Notes: a model not told the origin generated them from the sequence alone. Counted from the whole stretch's first letter, positions 23,223-36,366 are shown. The stretch: 51,360 nt of DNA, filler included, from Basidiobolus ranarum (GCA_040143965.1; 2 parts of 2 records of this genome joined end to end with filler, not necessarily neighbours in it), one strand, 5' to 3'. Made by a program: numbers and translations.

Positions 23223-24364
23223 TCAAAAGCTCTCGTCAGAATCATACTCTTGGAGATGCATATCATTTAGATTTTTATGGAGTACGTTCATATTGTTAAC
23301 TTCTTCCGGTGCGATGAAGCTTTCCTAGAAGAACTTCTATTCAATCATAGTGTAAAATCCATAAATTTATATATACATCTCTTACCACTGAGCCATAAAG
23401 GATTCCATGTAATTCACGAAGCACACCTACTGCTGTTCTTTTCTCTTCAGTATCAACACTAGCTACCTGCTCAACTTCTCGCAATTTAGTGTAATAAAAA
23501 TCTCTTTCTCGCTCCAAAGTATCCAATTGTCGTTGCATTTCTGTCAACTGACGACGAAGTTCTTCGACTAAAGGGGAACGTCCAGGTGAAGTGGGAACTC
23601 GTGAGGCGGATGAAAGAGGGCGTGAGTATCCATTTCGGCTGACTCTTGAGGAGGATCTCTCTAGAATATCATAGATTGATTCAACGGTCTTACATAGGTA
23701 ACGGAGTCTTCAATCAAATCATTTCTAATTCTTACCATAGTTTGAAGCACGGGACATAGCGCTACGTGAAGCACTACGACCATTATTGGCTGGAGAAGGT
23801 TGATCTTTTCTTCTGGCAATTGGATCATAAATTGGTACATCGACATTATCATGAAAATGTTTAAGCCACTGAAGGAATTCCAAGTTATCCTGAAATTTAC
23901 ATTTTACTAGTTTTCCAATAGGTATTTCCTAGATATAGAAAGAATAAAGTTAGAGAGTAAGAACTTCACCTATCCTATCGTTTAATTCTATACTAATACA
24001 ATACCCTCTCAATCTTATGCTTATTAAATGCCACTTGGAGTATCTTGTAGTTTTGAATATATTCATATTCTTGGTTGGCGTTAAATTTAACTTTACTCAT
24101 TTGAACGTCACCTATATACATAGTCGCGTTATATTAATGAAGGTTGGGTGAATAAAGGTAGAGAAATAGAGAAAGTGTCATACCATAGATAGAGTCAACA
24201 ATCTGACAATAAGCAGCGCCTAAAATAACAACAGTTAACTATCTGTATGTAAGTATGAATAAACACCCCAACTCACCTTTTCCAAGTTGTTCAATCTTGG
24301 TATAGCTCAGTTGAAGTAACTCATTAACCCATGCCAAAAGCTCAATTCTACTTTCGCCCATCAT
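23223..24364 (-). CDS. BIM1: Microtubule plus-end tracking protein EB1 (Bim1/Mal3), multi-exon
   Basis: [66 protein letters not shown]; acidic-aromatic C-terminus YDSDESF. Confidence 0.93.
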
Positions 24365-25548
24365 TCTTGAAGAAGCCTATAAATAGCGTCAAGTGAAGTG
24401 GTAGAAGATACTAGGATAGAGGTTGGAGAAAGGGGCGAAGTGTTCTGTAAAAGGTTAAAACCAAGATAAATAATCGGTCTATTGGCATGTTATATTGAGG
24501 GGTGTGGTGGCGGTCTAATATGTATTTTATCGCAATACAACTCGATTTTTAAAATCAACCTAATTTGTGAACAATGTAGCAATCATAATGGGATAAGTGG
24601 AGAGAATAGGTTAGAATGGGTTACAATGGCTTATTGACTTAAACGCTACTTTGCATAATTTAGCTTGGGGTGATGCATCGTAGGGATGGTCAGGGAAATC
24701 TTGACATAGCATAATATAGGCAGGTAATATAGGCAGGAACCTCTTAACTACATGCATTAGAGGGTAAGGTCTCTCTGTTCCCGCAGATAGAAGTGGTCTA
24801 CGTAGGGCATAAAAACATGATCCTTGAAGGCGATCAGTTTGTGTGATAAATCATAGGAGATTTTGTCCTACTGAGTGAATAAACGGCTAGAAATGGTTGG
24901 TTAGGTGAGGTACTATTTGTATATGTATTAAACCAACTATGATGGATTAACTAGAGCATTCATGAAATATCGTTGTAAACAATGAATTTAGCCCCATTTG
25001 GAACCCAGAGTTTGCCACACGTTTCAATCCACGTTCTGTGATCACTACAGATACATTTACCACAAAGGAGCATTGGTAAATACGCGGATCAATTTCACCT
25101 GTAAGCCATTGTTTGTCAGACGCTATTGTCCCGATTGTGATCTTATGTGACATTCACCAAACCTTGAATATAACAACCATTGTCTACAAGTGTTGCTACT
25201 TATTTTGCTTACCTCCGTAAGTCAACTTGGCAAACCATATCAATCACAAACAACCATAATTTTCTATAGATGTCATAAGACTTTGGTAATAATTTCTCTT
25301 TGTTATGAGACATGCGAATACTTAATATTCCTACCATGTACCACGTTAGACTAGTCATTTCGATGGAATGATTATTGTTATTACTTCTACTATTCTTTTG
25401 CTACTTTTCCACTATGGAATAATTGGGGGTATCTATTAGGTATTACTTAAGAAACAAGAATCCCTCGAATTTTGAGATACACTTGGCTGAGCGTGAGTCA
25501 AAAACTTGTGGGGCCTTAGGAAAAGCTAATAATTCTTTAGTCTTAGAT

Positions 25549-25684
25549 TGTTGAAGTATTTTGGGAGTTTGTTGGAGGTGGTTTTTCGAACTAGAAGAGT
25601 TGATGGTTTTCACTTATTGATTTATTGAGTAGAAAGTTGTCATTTACAGTTTTGTCAAGAGGTAAACAAACAAACAAACGGGTA
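25549..25684 (-). mobile_element. Second copy of the LTR, truncated by the contig end
   Basis: Ungapped match to 5637-5768 with 10 mismatches by my count; same TGTTGAAG terminus; preceded by TAGAT. Confidence 0.75.
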
Positions 25685-25784
25685 NNNNNNNNNNNNNNNN
25701 NNNNNNNNNNNNNNNNNNNNNNNNNNNNTTAATTAATTAANNNNNNNNNNNNNNNNNNNNNNNNNNNNNNNNNNNNNNNNNNNN
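25685..25784. other. Artificial contig linker / assembly gap
   Basis: 44 N + TTAATTAATTAA (stops in all six frames) + 44 N. Confidence 0.97.
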
Positions 25785-26251
25785 AAAAAAAAAGGACTTG
25801 TACATATATCGAAAATTTGAGTCTTTAAGGAATATAGTGATAGCTTGAATTGCAGTGGAATAGCTAGTTCTCTTTTAGGATTTTTCTCGCAATTCGATGA
25901 GAGCAGTCATAATGGCAACGATTTACTCATTCAACGTTTTTTAAATCGTTTAAATAATATCATAGCTTTTGCCTAATATAGGTTAAACAGATGATCCATA
26001 GATTATGTGTGGAATGTACAATGGTCTCATTATAATAATAGGACAATACAGTCCCGTGATTTTCTCGTATATTCCTTCACCGCAGCTTCTCACTTGTGTG
26101 TTATTCCCATTAAAACTTGGCGGTTTATTTGCTATTCTTAGCTTCGTTTTCCATGTTCATTAGCTATATTTCCAAGTGATCAGTAATATCATTCACCTTT
26201 AGAGTGGTCACTTTTTAGTTTAAATTTCCCTTCTCAACCTAATATCCTAAC

Positions 26252-27715
26252 ATGTTACCCTTAATTTCTTTATCTCCCGAGCGCTTCTCCAAACGACACA
26301 GTCAAGCATTTGCTGGACTTCAAAGTATAATACAATACAACATAGATGATCACTTGAACACTTTACCAAAGTCTTCTCTTACTCTTTCAAAGTTTCAAAA
26401 TCTTTCCTTTGCTTTAAAGGAAAATCAAGGGACTCTTGAATTAGTTCACGGTTTGGAGACTTTTGCTCAAAATCTTGAACAAGAAACTATTGTAGTTACA
26501 AAATCTCTATTATACCTCAAAAGGTTACCCTTACCAGAATTTTCGGAGGAACTGTGTAGATATTCCAACCAAACATATCCTACCTTCGAAAAACCAACGT
26601 TACCGCTATGTAGATACAAATCGCTCGACTCTTGTGATGCACCGGATGTCTCCTCAGAAACTCAAGATATGAGCTCACCCTCCCTAAAAGTCGTTCTCGC
26701 TGAAATCTCCCAAGATAGAGTGTCTTGGCAATACAATCAAATTTTGGACTATATTACTAGACTTATTAGCGAAGTATCCTCTAAAAAATGTATTTTAGAA
26801 AACTCTGTTCACGAAATTGACCAACTTTCCAATCAAATTACCTCGAAAAGCAACGAAGTTGAAAAGATCACCATGAAAGCACTCGGGCAAAAGGCCATTC
26901 ATTTATTCAAGGATCACCCTGGGTTGCTTCGAGACTTGGGAGAAGCTATTCGTAAAATAGAAGGAACTTATTCTGTTCATTTCCATCCTTATGTAATATT
27001 ACACGTATTTATATCAGCTATTCAGTACCGTCAACACCAGCTCGCCAGCTTTCTCTTGGACCAGGATTACAATTGGATAGAGAAGATGGCTTCTGATATC
27101 GAGAAGACAGTTCAAACAGCGATCACTCTAGCTCATCAAATTATGCAACAGCATGATAAACTAATGAACTGGCGTCGAAAACTTTTGGATGTCTATCTTG
27201 ATAAGAAGAAACAAATATGCCGAGTTAAGCCTAACAAATACCTATTCGAAAAAAATCAACTTCTTGAGCAAAAGAAAACTTTAACCCATAGATCCTTTTC
27301 AAAACTCCAAGAATTAACTGCGGAAACGGCACAAACAGCAGAGCAATTTCTGACCCACGTTCGTAATTTATTTCATGAAATCGACGAAAAAATCACCAGC
27401 AACAGTAACATAGATCAACACGAACGAGAACTCCTTAGTCAACTCATGACATCCTCTTTTGATGCACCAACAACCACTAAAGCTCCCCCTTCCTACAACC
27501 AGAGTCTCGTATCTAAGAAGAGTACTCACGACCAACTAGAGTTCAATTCACGAGCTTCTGCTGCTCATATTTACTCGTTTGAACTGAAACATCAAAACGA
27601 ACTTGAGCGGCTTCTTCATCTGATCCAGGTCTTGGATGCACAAGGAAAGGTCCTGATCATGGTGAATGAAATATTCTCTAGTTGGGTTCAACCATTTGGT
27701 CATGGTAAAGCATAG
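26252..27715 (+). CDS. Hypothetical 487-aa helical/coiled-coil protein, intronless
   Basis: Long ORF rich in L/E/Q/K/S; no family motif recognised; PPSY motif near the C-terminus. Confidence 0.75.
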   Translation: MLPLISLSPERFSKRHSQAFAGLQSIIQYNIDDHLNTLPKSSLTLSKFQNLSFALKENQGTLELVHGLETFAQNLEQETIVVTKSLLYLKRLPLPEFSEELCRYSNQTYPTFEKPTLPLCRYKSLDSCDAPDVSSETQDMSSPSLKVVLAEISQDRVSWQYNQILDYITRLISEVSSKKCILENSVHEIDQLSNQITSKSNEVEKITMKALGQKAIHLFKDHPGLLRDLGEAIRKIEGTYSVHFHPYVILHVFISAIQYRQHQLASFLLDQDYNWIEKMASDIEKTVQTAITLAHQIMQQHDKLMNWRRKLLDVYLDKKKQICRVKPNKYLFEKNQLLEQKKTLTHRSFSKLQELTAETAQTAEQFLTHVRNLFHEIDEKITSNSNIDQHERELLSQLMTSSFDAPTTTKAPPSYNQSLVSKKSTHDQLEFNSRASAAHIYSFELKHQNELERLLHLIQVLDAQGKVLIMVNEIFSSWVQPFGHGKA

Positions 27716-27887
27716 ATTTTATCAAGAGATTCAACACGAGTAAGAGATCCAATACGAGTGGATTTTTTATGGACAATTAAGGGACTCAATACGAGTGGAT
27801 TTGTTATATGCTTGCATTCAATATATACTTACATTCAATAGAATAAATGTTACAGGTTAGCTCAGCTGATCTCCAATAAACATTACT

Positions 27888-28930
27888 TCACTCTCTGGAT
27901 ATCGGAGACGGTCTCGGCGGAGGAGTGAGTCCGTTGGGAGTATATGGCTCAGGCTTAATTGGTTCAATCTCAATGTTGATCTGATCAGTGGGCATTCTCT
28001 TGAACGAATTAATATGACTACTCCAGTGACTACTACCTTCCGATTTGTTGGGTCGAGATGAATTAGTATATTGATCCATGGGAGATGAAGGATTCGTTCC
28101 TTTCCCTGGTTCACTGGACATCTTGAGTTTATGAGTATGTTGTAATTGCTCTGAAGTAAGCTTCGAAGCAGTCGCCCCTAAAATCCCCATGTTAATCATA
28201 GCTAAAGAAATATCAACATTGTGAGAGGGAGCTTACAACTAATCACGAAAAAGATCGAAGATTGCTCCTTCAGTACATTCGTCATGGCTAAGATAACCAT
28301 GAGTACACTCACAGTAGCCGTACCCAAGCAATAGATGGTTCCATCGGTCAATAAGGTAGCATACAATCGCGTATGGGTGAACTTCCAGAGATTGTAGATT
28401 CTAGTCAAGAAGAATACGGAGAAGAATCCATTGACCAGTAACTCAGTCGCCACCACTGAAACGGCACCAAACGTACTGACTTGAGTATCACAGGTACGCA
28501 AAGAAGTGGTGATAGGCTTCATTTGGAATAAATTCAATACTCCAGCGGCTAGTCGAATGAACTCACATACCGCCCCAAGCAATAGGATACTTTTAGATCT
28601 AGTTGAGCCGTAGTATGCTTTCAAAAGAAGAATCAGTTCAATCGAAAGGGTGGAGGTTAGATTGAGGATGGCAGCGAAATAGATGCGTGTGCTACAAAAT
28701 TCATCGTAATAAAAGAAAGTGATGATCATGGTGATATTTGTGATGGAGCCTAGTAGTGATTGTATGAAGTTAAGAATGTACATGGACTTTCTATCAACTA
28801 GTAGTAAGCGAGTGGCGTGGTAGGTGTTGTTAACGAAAACCACTGTCACCATAGCTATGATGGCCATGCTAGTATTCGAGTTGAACAGCATCTGGAGCTG
28901 TGTGGTGATATGCGTCGGCTGAGCGTTCAT
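27888..28930 (-). CDS. Seven-transmembrane GPCR-like membrane protein; predicted 35-nt intron 28202-28236
   Basis: Seven hydrophobic segments, Cys before TM3 and in the TM4-TM5 loop, LLLKAY at the end of TM3; GTAAGC...TTTAG intron joins ORF 28202-28969 to ORF 27888-28199 in frame; Ser/Pro-rich cytosolic tail. Start could be 28969. Confidence 0.75.
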
Positions 28931-29250
28931 GATGTACAAGAGAGTGTAAAGCGTTGGAGTACATGGCATCTATATATATATGAACGCTCATTAGACAAAC
29001 AGTAGCATTGGTGTCAAACGGTTGACACATTATTAAACAATATAGGAGCCCAAGTGAAATCATTACAATAGGGAGGTGAGACTGTTAATTTGTTGTCTAG
29101 AACCATGATCTACCACTTGCCCAGTATATATATATTTGTAACCACTAGTATTAATCACTAGTATATTCGTAACCACCCACCCTGTATATTCGTGACTATA
29201 GCTCAAAATCATACCCCTTACCTCATTGTTGGGAGAACAATGTGCTTCTA

Positions 29251-29342
29251 AACCGTATATTCGAACCATACATTTGGACCATACAATTGAACCGTATATT
29301 CGAACCATACATTTGGACCATACAATTGAACCGTATATTCGA
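29251..29342. repeat. Higher-order tandem repeat: 39-bp unit (3 x 13-bp subunits), about 2.3 exact copies
   Basis: AACCGTATATTCG-AACCATACATTTG-GACCATACAATTG starting at 29251, 29290 and partially at 29329. Confidence 0.9.
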
Positions 29343-29675
29343 GAATACATTATTCCTCTTCTGTTGATCTTCACTTATGAGTTTGCGCCACCCGTTTTGG
29401 TGGATATTCCCAGGCTAAATGCTAACACTTGGATAAAGGCAATGTTCAACCTGATAAAAATATGGGAAATATTGTAACGATAAGCTAATATTTTCCCACC
29501 TTATTGTCTTCGTGACCTCATCCACTTGGTATTGGTTGATGATGGGGTCTATGAGCTAACAATACAAGTACTCAGTCGTGGCTTATTAACTTTCAATCGT
29601 TTACAAATATAAACTGATACATAGCAACGCTTCAAACCAAACTCACCTTCCAACTCTTCTACTTTATCTTTAAAA

Positions 29676-31664
29676 ATGCTGTTGGACTCTTCTGAAATAG
29701 TGGTGGTTAAGAATTACGTGAATGGAGAATTTATAGAACCACTTAACAAGGAATATATTGATACCTACGACCCTTCTCAAGGCAGTGTAAGGTCGAGCTC
29801 ATTCCATTCACTTATATACTCTCTTTAACCGTACCCTTGTTTAAAGGTTTACGCTAAGCTTCCCGACTCTGACACTGAAGATATTAATAATGCTGTACAA
29901 GCTGCTCATAAAGCCTTTGAAACTTGGTCCAAAACCTCGGCCACTGAACGTTCAGCATACCTTTACCGTATTGCTGAAATACTTGAGAAAAGAATTCCAG
30001 AGTTTGCCAAAGCTGAATCACGAGACCAAGGGAAAACGGTGAAATTCGCAAAAACCGTTGATATTCCTAGATCAGTACTTAATTTTCGATACTTTGCCGG
30101 ACATATACTTCACTCTCAAGAAAGTGCTACCTTTCTAGAGGATGTAGCGGTGAATTACACTCAACGAGTTCCCATAGGAGTTGCAGGACTTATTAGTCCT
30201 TGGAATTTGTAAGTTTCAAAATAATATTCGAGGTCATACAAATGAATCCATTCAATTGATATCTTCACTCCTTGTCATTAGACCTTTGTATCTACTCACT
30301 TGGAAGATTGCCCCTTGTCTAGCTGGTATCTATAATTGGATTGAAATTCATAATGGAATCTTGGTGACCAATTACTTTTGAATTTAGCCGGTAACACATG
30401 CGTCTGTAAACCTAGTGAATTCACTAGCTTTACTGCTAATCGTAAGAATGGATGTTTATTATCATGAATTTGAATTGAAAACTAACATTTGAATAGTACT
30501 CTGCTCGGTTTTCCAAGAAGCTGGTCTCCCAAAAGGCGTAGTAAATATGGTATATGGAACAGGTAAAGAAAAGAATGGATCGAAGACCTTCCATTTACAC
30601 TACTAAATATCTTTCAATGGATTTAAAAGGACCCAAAGCGGGGAATGCCTTGGTTATTCATCCCAAAGTTCCACTTATATCATTCACTGGAGGTAACTAT
30701 ATTGGAGAATTTAACTTATGAATGGAATGTCTAGTAATGTTATTTTGATGTATTCAGGTACCGTTACAGGAGCTAAAATTGCTGGTGGGGCTGCACCACT
30801 TTTCAAAAAGTTGTCATTGGAATTAGGTTGGAATAAGCATTGTGTATTGTTGATATAATTAGGGAACTAATTCCTTTCTAGGTGGAAAAAATGCCAATAT
30901 CATATTTGATGATTGTAATTTGGAAGAATGTGTCACCACTAGTATTCGATCATCATTCAGTAATCAGGGAGAGATATGTCTGTGTGGTTCCCGTATATTT
31001 GTTCAGGAAACTATTTATGAAAAATTCCTGGAGAAATTCGTTTGCAAAGCCAAAGAACTCACCGTTGGAAATCCGACCGAAGAGAATACTGATGTGGGAG
31101 CATTAATTTCAAAAGAACATTTAGCTAAAGTTAGCGGTTATGTAGATCTTGCCAAACAAGAAGGAGGAACCATACTGTGTGGTGGTGATAAGCCATCACT
31201 TTCATCACAGCATGAAAATGGTTATTTCTACCTTCCAACTATTATCACTGGGTAAGTACATTGGAGTTCGAAACCAATGATTTGTGTGATATAAATTAAT
31301 TCTTCTTGTAAATCCGCTCTAATATTTAATGTTGTGTAGAGTAAGCCCCGATTCTAGAGTTATGCAGGAAGAGATATTTGGCCCAGTGGTAACGGTGTTT
31401 CCTTTCAAGACTGAAGAAGAGGCCATTGAACTTGCCAACAACTCACAGTATGGACTATCTGCTTCAGTGTGGAGTGAAAACGGTCGCCGAGGACGACGCA
31501 TCGCATCTCAACTAAATGTAGGTACTGTTTGGCTAAATTGTTGGTTAGTACGAGATTTAAGAATGCCCTTTGGTGGTATGAAAGCATCTGGAGTTGGTAG
31601 AGAAGGAGCTGACCACAGTATGGACTTTTTTACTGAACTTAAAACCATTTGTATGGCAAATTAG
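29676..31664 (+). CDS. Aldehyde dehydrogenase, ALDH8A1 / 2-aminomuconate-semialdehyde dehydrogenase-like (9 exons)
   Basis: ESRDQGK, DIPRSVLNFRYFA, ISPWNLPLYLLTWKIAP, KPSE, SFTGGT, LELGGKN, NQGEICLCGSR, EEIFGPV, NCWLVRDLRMPFGGMKASGVGREG. Confidence 0.92.
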
Positions 31665-31702
31665 TTGTATCAATAAAGATTTATTAGGAAAATACAAAAA
31701 GA

Positions 31703-32137
31703 TTAAACGGTGGATGTGGGTACGGGTATGGGTGGTGAATTACCAACTACATCCAATATCTTCACTGGAGACATTCCAAACATAGTACAATTCACCGGTT
31801 CATATAATATAAAGTAAGTAGGAAGATTAGCCACTTGTGGAGAAATATTCACAATGACACCCATACGAGTAGTGGAAGTTGAATCAGTTGGAATAAAATC
31901 CTCCAGATCTTTGATATAAGAAATATCTGGTGAATACAAACCCAAAGTTAAATTAGATTGATTTAAGATAGTCACATCTAACACTGAAATGGTTAACCAA
32001 TTCGTAATAGAAGAATGTATCTGTTCAGGTGCTTGAATAGTTACTGCAGTTTGAAGTGATCTTGGATTATCACATTTTCCGTGGATGATATTGATTATAC
32101 TTATTAGAAGAGTACATTTAGTCCAGGTGAAATACAT
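31703..32137 (-). CDS. Small secreted hypothetical protein (144 aa)
   Basis: Signal-like N-terminus MYFTWTKCTLLISIINIIHG; beta-strand-like pattern; Pro/Thr-rich end; convergent with the ALDH gene. Confidence 0.55.
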   Translation of the reverse strand: MYFTWTKCTLLISIINIIHGKCDNPRSLQTAVTIQAPEQIHSSITNWLTISVLDVTILNQSNLTLGLYSPDISYIKDLEDFIPTDSTSTTRMGVIVNISPQVANLPTYFILYEPVNCTMFGMSPVKILDVVGNSPPIPVPTSTV

Positions 32138-33090
32138 CTTTCAAAAGATAATGGATTGTTCAATATCTCAAAAAAAGTAGCCCTTTTTAAAGGTGAATTC
32201 GGATAGAACTTAGGGTGGTTTCATTTATTTACCAGTGTATGTAAAAAAAGGTGGTAAAGAATAGCGGAGATTTGGATGGAATGTATTCACTTTGCATTAA
32301 TCGAAGAATATTTAAAAGAGTCATGGTTATTGGGGAAACTGGTAAAGCTTGCATGAATTTTCAATTGATTCGATAGTGGCTTTAAACAAAATGACATATC
32401 CCGCGTCCCGCGTCCCGTATCTCATACCCCATATATCCCATTCCACCGAAATATTGACTGTGAACTATATAGCAATGCAAATTTTATTTCCAGGCCGTTG
32501 GTTGTTCCATTTAGCTTGTTTCTTAATCTATTCGTTCATCTAATTCATAAATTCATTTGGATCCTGTCTGACTTGTAAACGTAATTAACTATGAAAAGAG
32601 TAAACAATTGTACAATGTGCGAATATATAGAAATGGTATACAGTACATTAAGGCTTGAGAGTAAGTAACGTAAATGTCACCATCTATCCCTAAAATGTTA
32701 CATCTCCATATGTTCTAAAGCAGTGATACTCAGTTCGTGGTCAATTGGATATCTCCCTTTGAGGAGGAGATAGAAGTGGGAAATTAAGGTCGAAAATTAC
32801 AGTTACAAATGGGACGAATATATGGCTTTCTGGCCAGTAAGGAATAGATCAAAGAGCGAAAGAAAAGAGATGAGACGAGCATATATAGAACAGAGGCAAC
32901 AAGAAGAAAATAGGTCTTTGTTATACCAGCAGGAATATATCAAGGGAAAAGGACACGCTGTTGATTGAGTAGGAAATCAAGCTGAGACCCGACATCCGGT
33001 GATGGCTACACGATGATATCAACTTCATCATCGGTTCGACGATTGTGGTAACGAAAAATATATTAAGCCAGCTAGTGGGTGGTGAGTTAC

Positions 33091-36000
33091 CTAGAACTGG
33101 GTAAAGCCCTGAGATTGGAAGGCCTCGGATCTCGCTTGGGATGACATGTCAAAGACATCTTGACTTAAGAGGGCATCGTCTGTTTGAGATTTGTAACCAT
33201 CCATAAAGCCAGTGGCATCTTGAGACATCAAGGATCCTCCGTTTGCCAACATTCTCAATCGGTCAGATTGGGAGAACCCAATTCCTGATGATAGTTGACT
33301 GTTGAAAGCATTCTGTGTAAATGGACCTTGTGATGATCCATAAGCATTCATATACATGTTTGCAGGCTGAGTGTTCTTTCTAGAAGCATTCCCAGTCTGG
33401 GATAGATCTTGGCTGAAGGGGCCATTGAGCGTGGGGAGCAAAGGAATAGTAAACTGGGATGAAAACGATGCTGCCATTTGATCGGAGGGGATATATCCAA
33501 TAGGGTCATGAGTTCTGAGGAAACTGTCGCTGTACCTTCCTCCGCCACGACGATGATCACTAGCCAAAGGTGGTTTGGCAAATGCTTCGCGTGCATCCAC
33601 TTGATGAATAAGGGTATGCTTAAACTTGTCGTTGTGTGTGTAGGCTTTCCTAGGGCGACTGAACTGAATCATACTGACTTTGAGATTACTGAGAGGTCCC
33701 TCAACAAGGCATCCGTTTTCTTTGTAATGAACCAAGAGATGATGCCACAAAGGATGCTTACTAAGCACCTTAGGATTACCGAGGATGACTACTCCATATC
33801 GAGCTCTGGTAAGAGCTACATTAAGACGTCTGGGGTCGCTCAAGAAACCAATACCCTGATGTTCATTGCTTCTAACACAACTGAGGATGATATAATCTTT
33901 CTCTCTGCCTTGGAATGCATCAACACTAGCAACTTCTATCTCTTTATAGAGATCCTTGCGGAGAGACCCACTAAATTGCATATAGCTTACAATGTAACTT
34001 CTTTGACCTTCATATGGGGTAATGATACCAATCTGAGCTGGCAAAATACCAGCTTTGAGGAACTTGGTCACCACCTTCTCACAGTTAGAGGCCTCAGTTC
34101 TATTCAAATAGGAGGTTCCACTGGTAGAGATTTCTTCCTGACCAAGGTTAGTATGGAAGAACATAGGAGTTTCCGGAACAGGCCAAGGAAAATCAACATT
34201 TTTACGTAATCTCTCTTGGGTAGTAACACCATTCTGCAGAGTACCTTCATAAAACATATTACTAGGGAACTCGGACAGGCAAGGATGCATACGATACTGC
34301 ACTTGCAGGCGAATGGGTCGGATGCCCAAAATTACAAGACGTTCGAACAATGATTGGCATAAACCAGCACGAGCAGCCTTTTTGTTCATGATGACTGGAC
34401 CAAGTTGTTGATGATCACCTACCAATACAGCTTGTTTGGATCCCAGAACGAGTGGAATCAGGCATTCTGGTTCGGCAGCTTGTGTGGCTTCATCGATTAA
34501 TACAGTACGGAAAGTAAACTTGGCGAGACGAGAATCTCCAGCACCAACACAAGTACAAAGGATAACATCAGCATTTTGAAGAATTTCCTTTTCGCATGCT
34601 CTTTTAAGCATCTTGTATTTCCTTTCATCGCTACTACTTAATTCACCTTGCTCAGTCTTGAGCTGAATTAACTTTTGTAATTCAGGGTGGGTATCGTTAT
34701 TTCTGACTTGCTCGTGAAGTGTCAGGAAAGACACAGGACTGTCGAGGGCCTCTCTCGATTTTGCCGTAAGACGAACGACCTTAAGTCCCGTAGAATGTAT
34801 CTTTTCAGTGAGTTGATCAACAGCAACGTTACTAGGTGCACAAACTAACACTTGACCAGGATTCATCTTCGCGAGGTGATAAACAATCGAGGCAGAGGTG
34901 ACAGTTTTACCGGTACCAGGGGGGCCCTGGATTAAACTAAGAGGCTTTTGTAATACGCTCTTGACAGCATACACTTGGGAGTGATTTAATTCGGGAAGAT
35001 TGGGCGCTGAGAATCGCTTGGGCATTTGAGTACGAAGAATTTGGGGTTCAACATCATGACCTAACAATTTGTGGTAGATATAACCACTAACAGACGTTTC
35101 ATCCAGAGCAAACGTCTTCATTGCAAGTTGCATTCTATCAAAACTAGTAGATTTCCATACGAAGTCCACTGAGAAGTTGTGGGTGCAGTCGATTGGAGTA
35201 TTATCGTTTCTTCGGAGTTCAATTCCAACTTCATCACTAACATTATCGGGAACCTTAATTACATGCCCAACACTCTCCCATGGTGCATGAAGCTCACCGC
35301 GATAACGCATTCTTAACTCATCGCCTACGGCAAGTCGAACTTCACCAAGTTCGTATTTTGGAAGATTGAACCAGGCTATACGCTTTTGATTTAAACCCAT
35401 GTCCCAACGAACTACAATATCATCTTGAGTTTGTGATTCTTTCAACTTCTTGTCGTAATCGGCCTCCATCTTAACAAGAGGTCCAAATATGTTCTGGTAT
35501 TGATAAGCATCTTCGTATCGCAAAAGAACCGGATGGGGCTCATCATCAACCCCTGGTTTTTCTAAATCTTCTAAAGTAGCTTCAGTATTATCTTTCCACA
35601 ACTCCTCAAGTTTGTTAATCTGCTGGGCACTAATTTGGCGAGCCCTAAGCTGTTCTTGTTCCGATGGTACCTTTACTAACCAACTTAAGAAAGAACGATC
35701 GTCAATAAGAGGTAACCATTGAGAGGTATCCCAGTTCATATCTTTGCTACTAGGCATAGAGGCGCATGGTTGTCTGCATAACAAAACGACCACAGTATCG
35801 CTCTTAGCTGGAATGAAACCCAACAGGAATACATTCTTACAACCACAATTGTAGCATTCGAGAGTGGTTTCACCAAGAGGTGACTCTGGGTGTAAGATTA
35901 CTTCCTTATGCTTAGCACGAACCATATGGGTAATTATATGGGAACCAGCGGTGTTTCCGCGTGAGTTACAAAACCACTTACTGCAGCTCATACACTTTAC

Positions 36001-36366
36001 CACTGAGGCGGGGGAATGAATTCCACAGTATCTGCATGCATGGGGTGGCAAATTTCGAGCAGCCATATCTTGATCAAGTACGAGATCATAGTCATCCGTC
36101 TCTTCAAAAGTAAACTGATCATTGTGACTACGACGATCCAGCTCTTCGAGAGCTTGAGATTGAGATGGAGAGCCCAATGATAAAGAAGCTAAAGACAATT
36201 CAGGCTCGACAAACTTGGACGTACCATCTCCACCATCGAGTTGTGTATTGAGTTGAGAATTTAAAGTAAAATCTTGATAATCATATTGAGAACCTTGGGT
36301 ATCTCCACCAAATTCAAGATAGCTAAAATCGGCATCCTGTGAGGCTGCCTCTTGGAATTGATTCAT
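33091..36366 (-). CDS. UPF1: Regulator of nonsense transcripts 1, SF1 RNA helicase UPF1/NAM7, intronless
   Basis: CH domain ([24 protein letters not shown]), [40 protein letters not shown]-rich termini. Confidence 0.98.
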   Translation of the reverse strand: MNQFQEAASQDADFSYLEFGGDTQGSQYDYQDFTLNSQLNTQLDGGDGTSKFVEPELSLASLSLGSPSQSQALEELDRRSHNDQFTFEETDDYDLVLDQDMAARNLPPHACRYCGIHSPASVVKCMSCSKWFCNSRGNTAGSHIITHMVRAKHKEVILHPESPLGETTLECYNCGCKNVFLLGFIPAKSDTVVVLLCRQPCASMPSSKDMNWDTSQWLPLIDDRSFLSWLVKVPSEQEQLRARQISAQQINKLEELWKDNTEATLEDLEKPGVDDEPHPVLLRYEDAYQYQNIFGPLVKMEADYDKKLKESQTQDDIVVRWDMGLNQKRIAWFNLPKYELGEVRLAVGDELRMRYRGELHAPWESVGHVIKVPDNVSDEVGIELRRNDNTPIDCTHNFSVDFVWKSTSFDRMQLAMKTFALDETSVSGYIYHKLLGHDVEPQILRTQMPKRFSAPNLPELNHSQVYAVKSVLQKPLSLIQGPPGTGKTVTSASIVYHLAKMNPGQVLVCAPSNVAVDQLTEKIHSTGLKVVRLTAKSREALDSPVSFLTLHEQVRNNDTHPELQKLIQLKTEQGELSSSDERKYKMLKRACEKEILQNADVILCTCVGAGDSRLAKFTFRTVLIDEATQAAEPECLIPLVLGSKQAVLVGDHQQLGPVIMNKKAARAGLCQSLFERLVILGIRPIRLQVQYRMHPCLSEFPSNMFYEGTLQNGVTTQERLRKNVDFPWPVPETPMFFHTNLGQEEISTSGTSYLNRTEASNCEKVVTKFLKAGILPAQIGIITPYEGQRSYIVSYMQFSGSLRKDLYKEIEVASVDAFQGREKDYIILSCVRSNEHQGIGFLSDPRRLNVALTRARYGVVILGNPKVLSKHPLWHHLLVHYKENGCLVEGPLSNLKVSMIQFSRPRKAYTHNDKFKHTLIHQVDAREAFAKPPLASDHRRGGGRYSDSFLRTHDPIGYIPSDQMAASFSSQFTIPLLPTLNGPFSQDLSQTGNASRKNTQPANMYMNAYGSSQGPFTQNAFNSQLSSGIGFSQSDRLRMLANGGSLMSQDATGFMDGYKSQTDDALLSQDVFDMSSQARSEAFQSQGFTQF

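Noticed and set aside
25729-25740. TTAATTAATTAA palindrome between N runs
   Set aside because: Standard artificial six-frame-stop contig linker; it also means no linkage across the gap (for example UPF1 with the ribosomal protein introns) can be inferred
27750-27802. CAATACGAGTGGATTT duplicated between convergent genes
   Set aside because: Small local duplication with no evidence of function
29063-29477. ORFs with repeated peptides (RIYGSIVWSKCMV / PYIRTIHLDHTIE)
   Set aside because: By-products of the 39-bp minisatellite; there are no unique spacers, so it is not a CRISPR array either
33478-34209. 243-aa plus-strand ORF
   Set aside because: Antisense shadow of UPF1 with no recognisable motif
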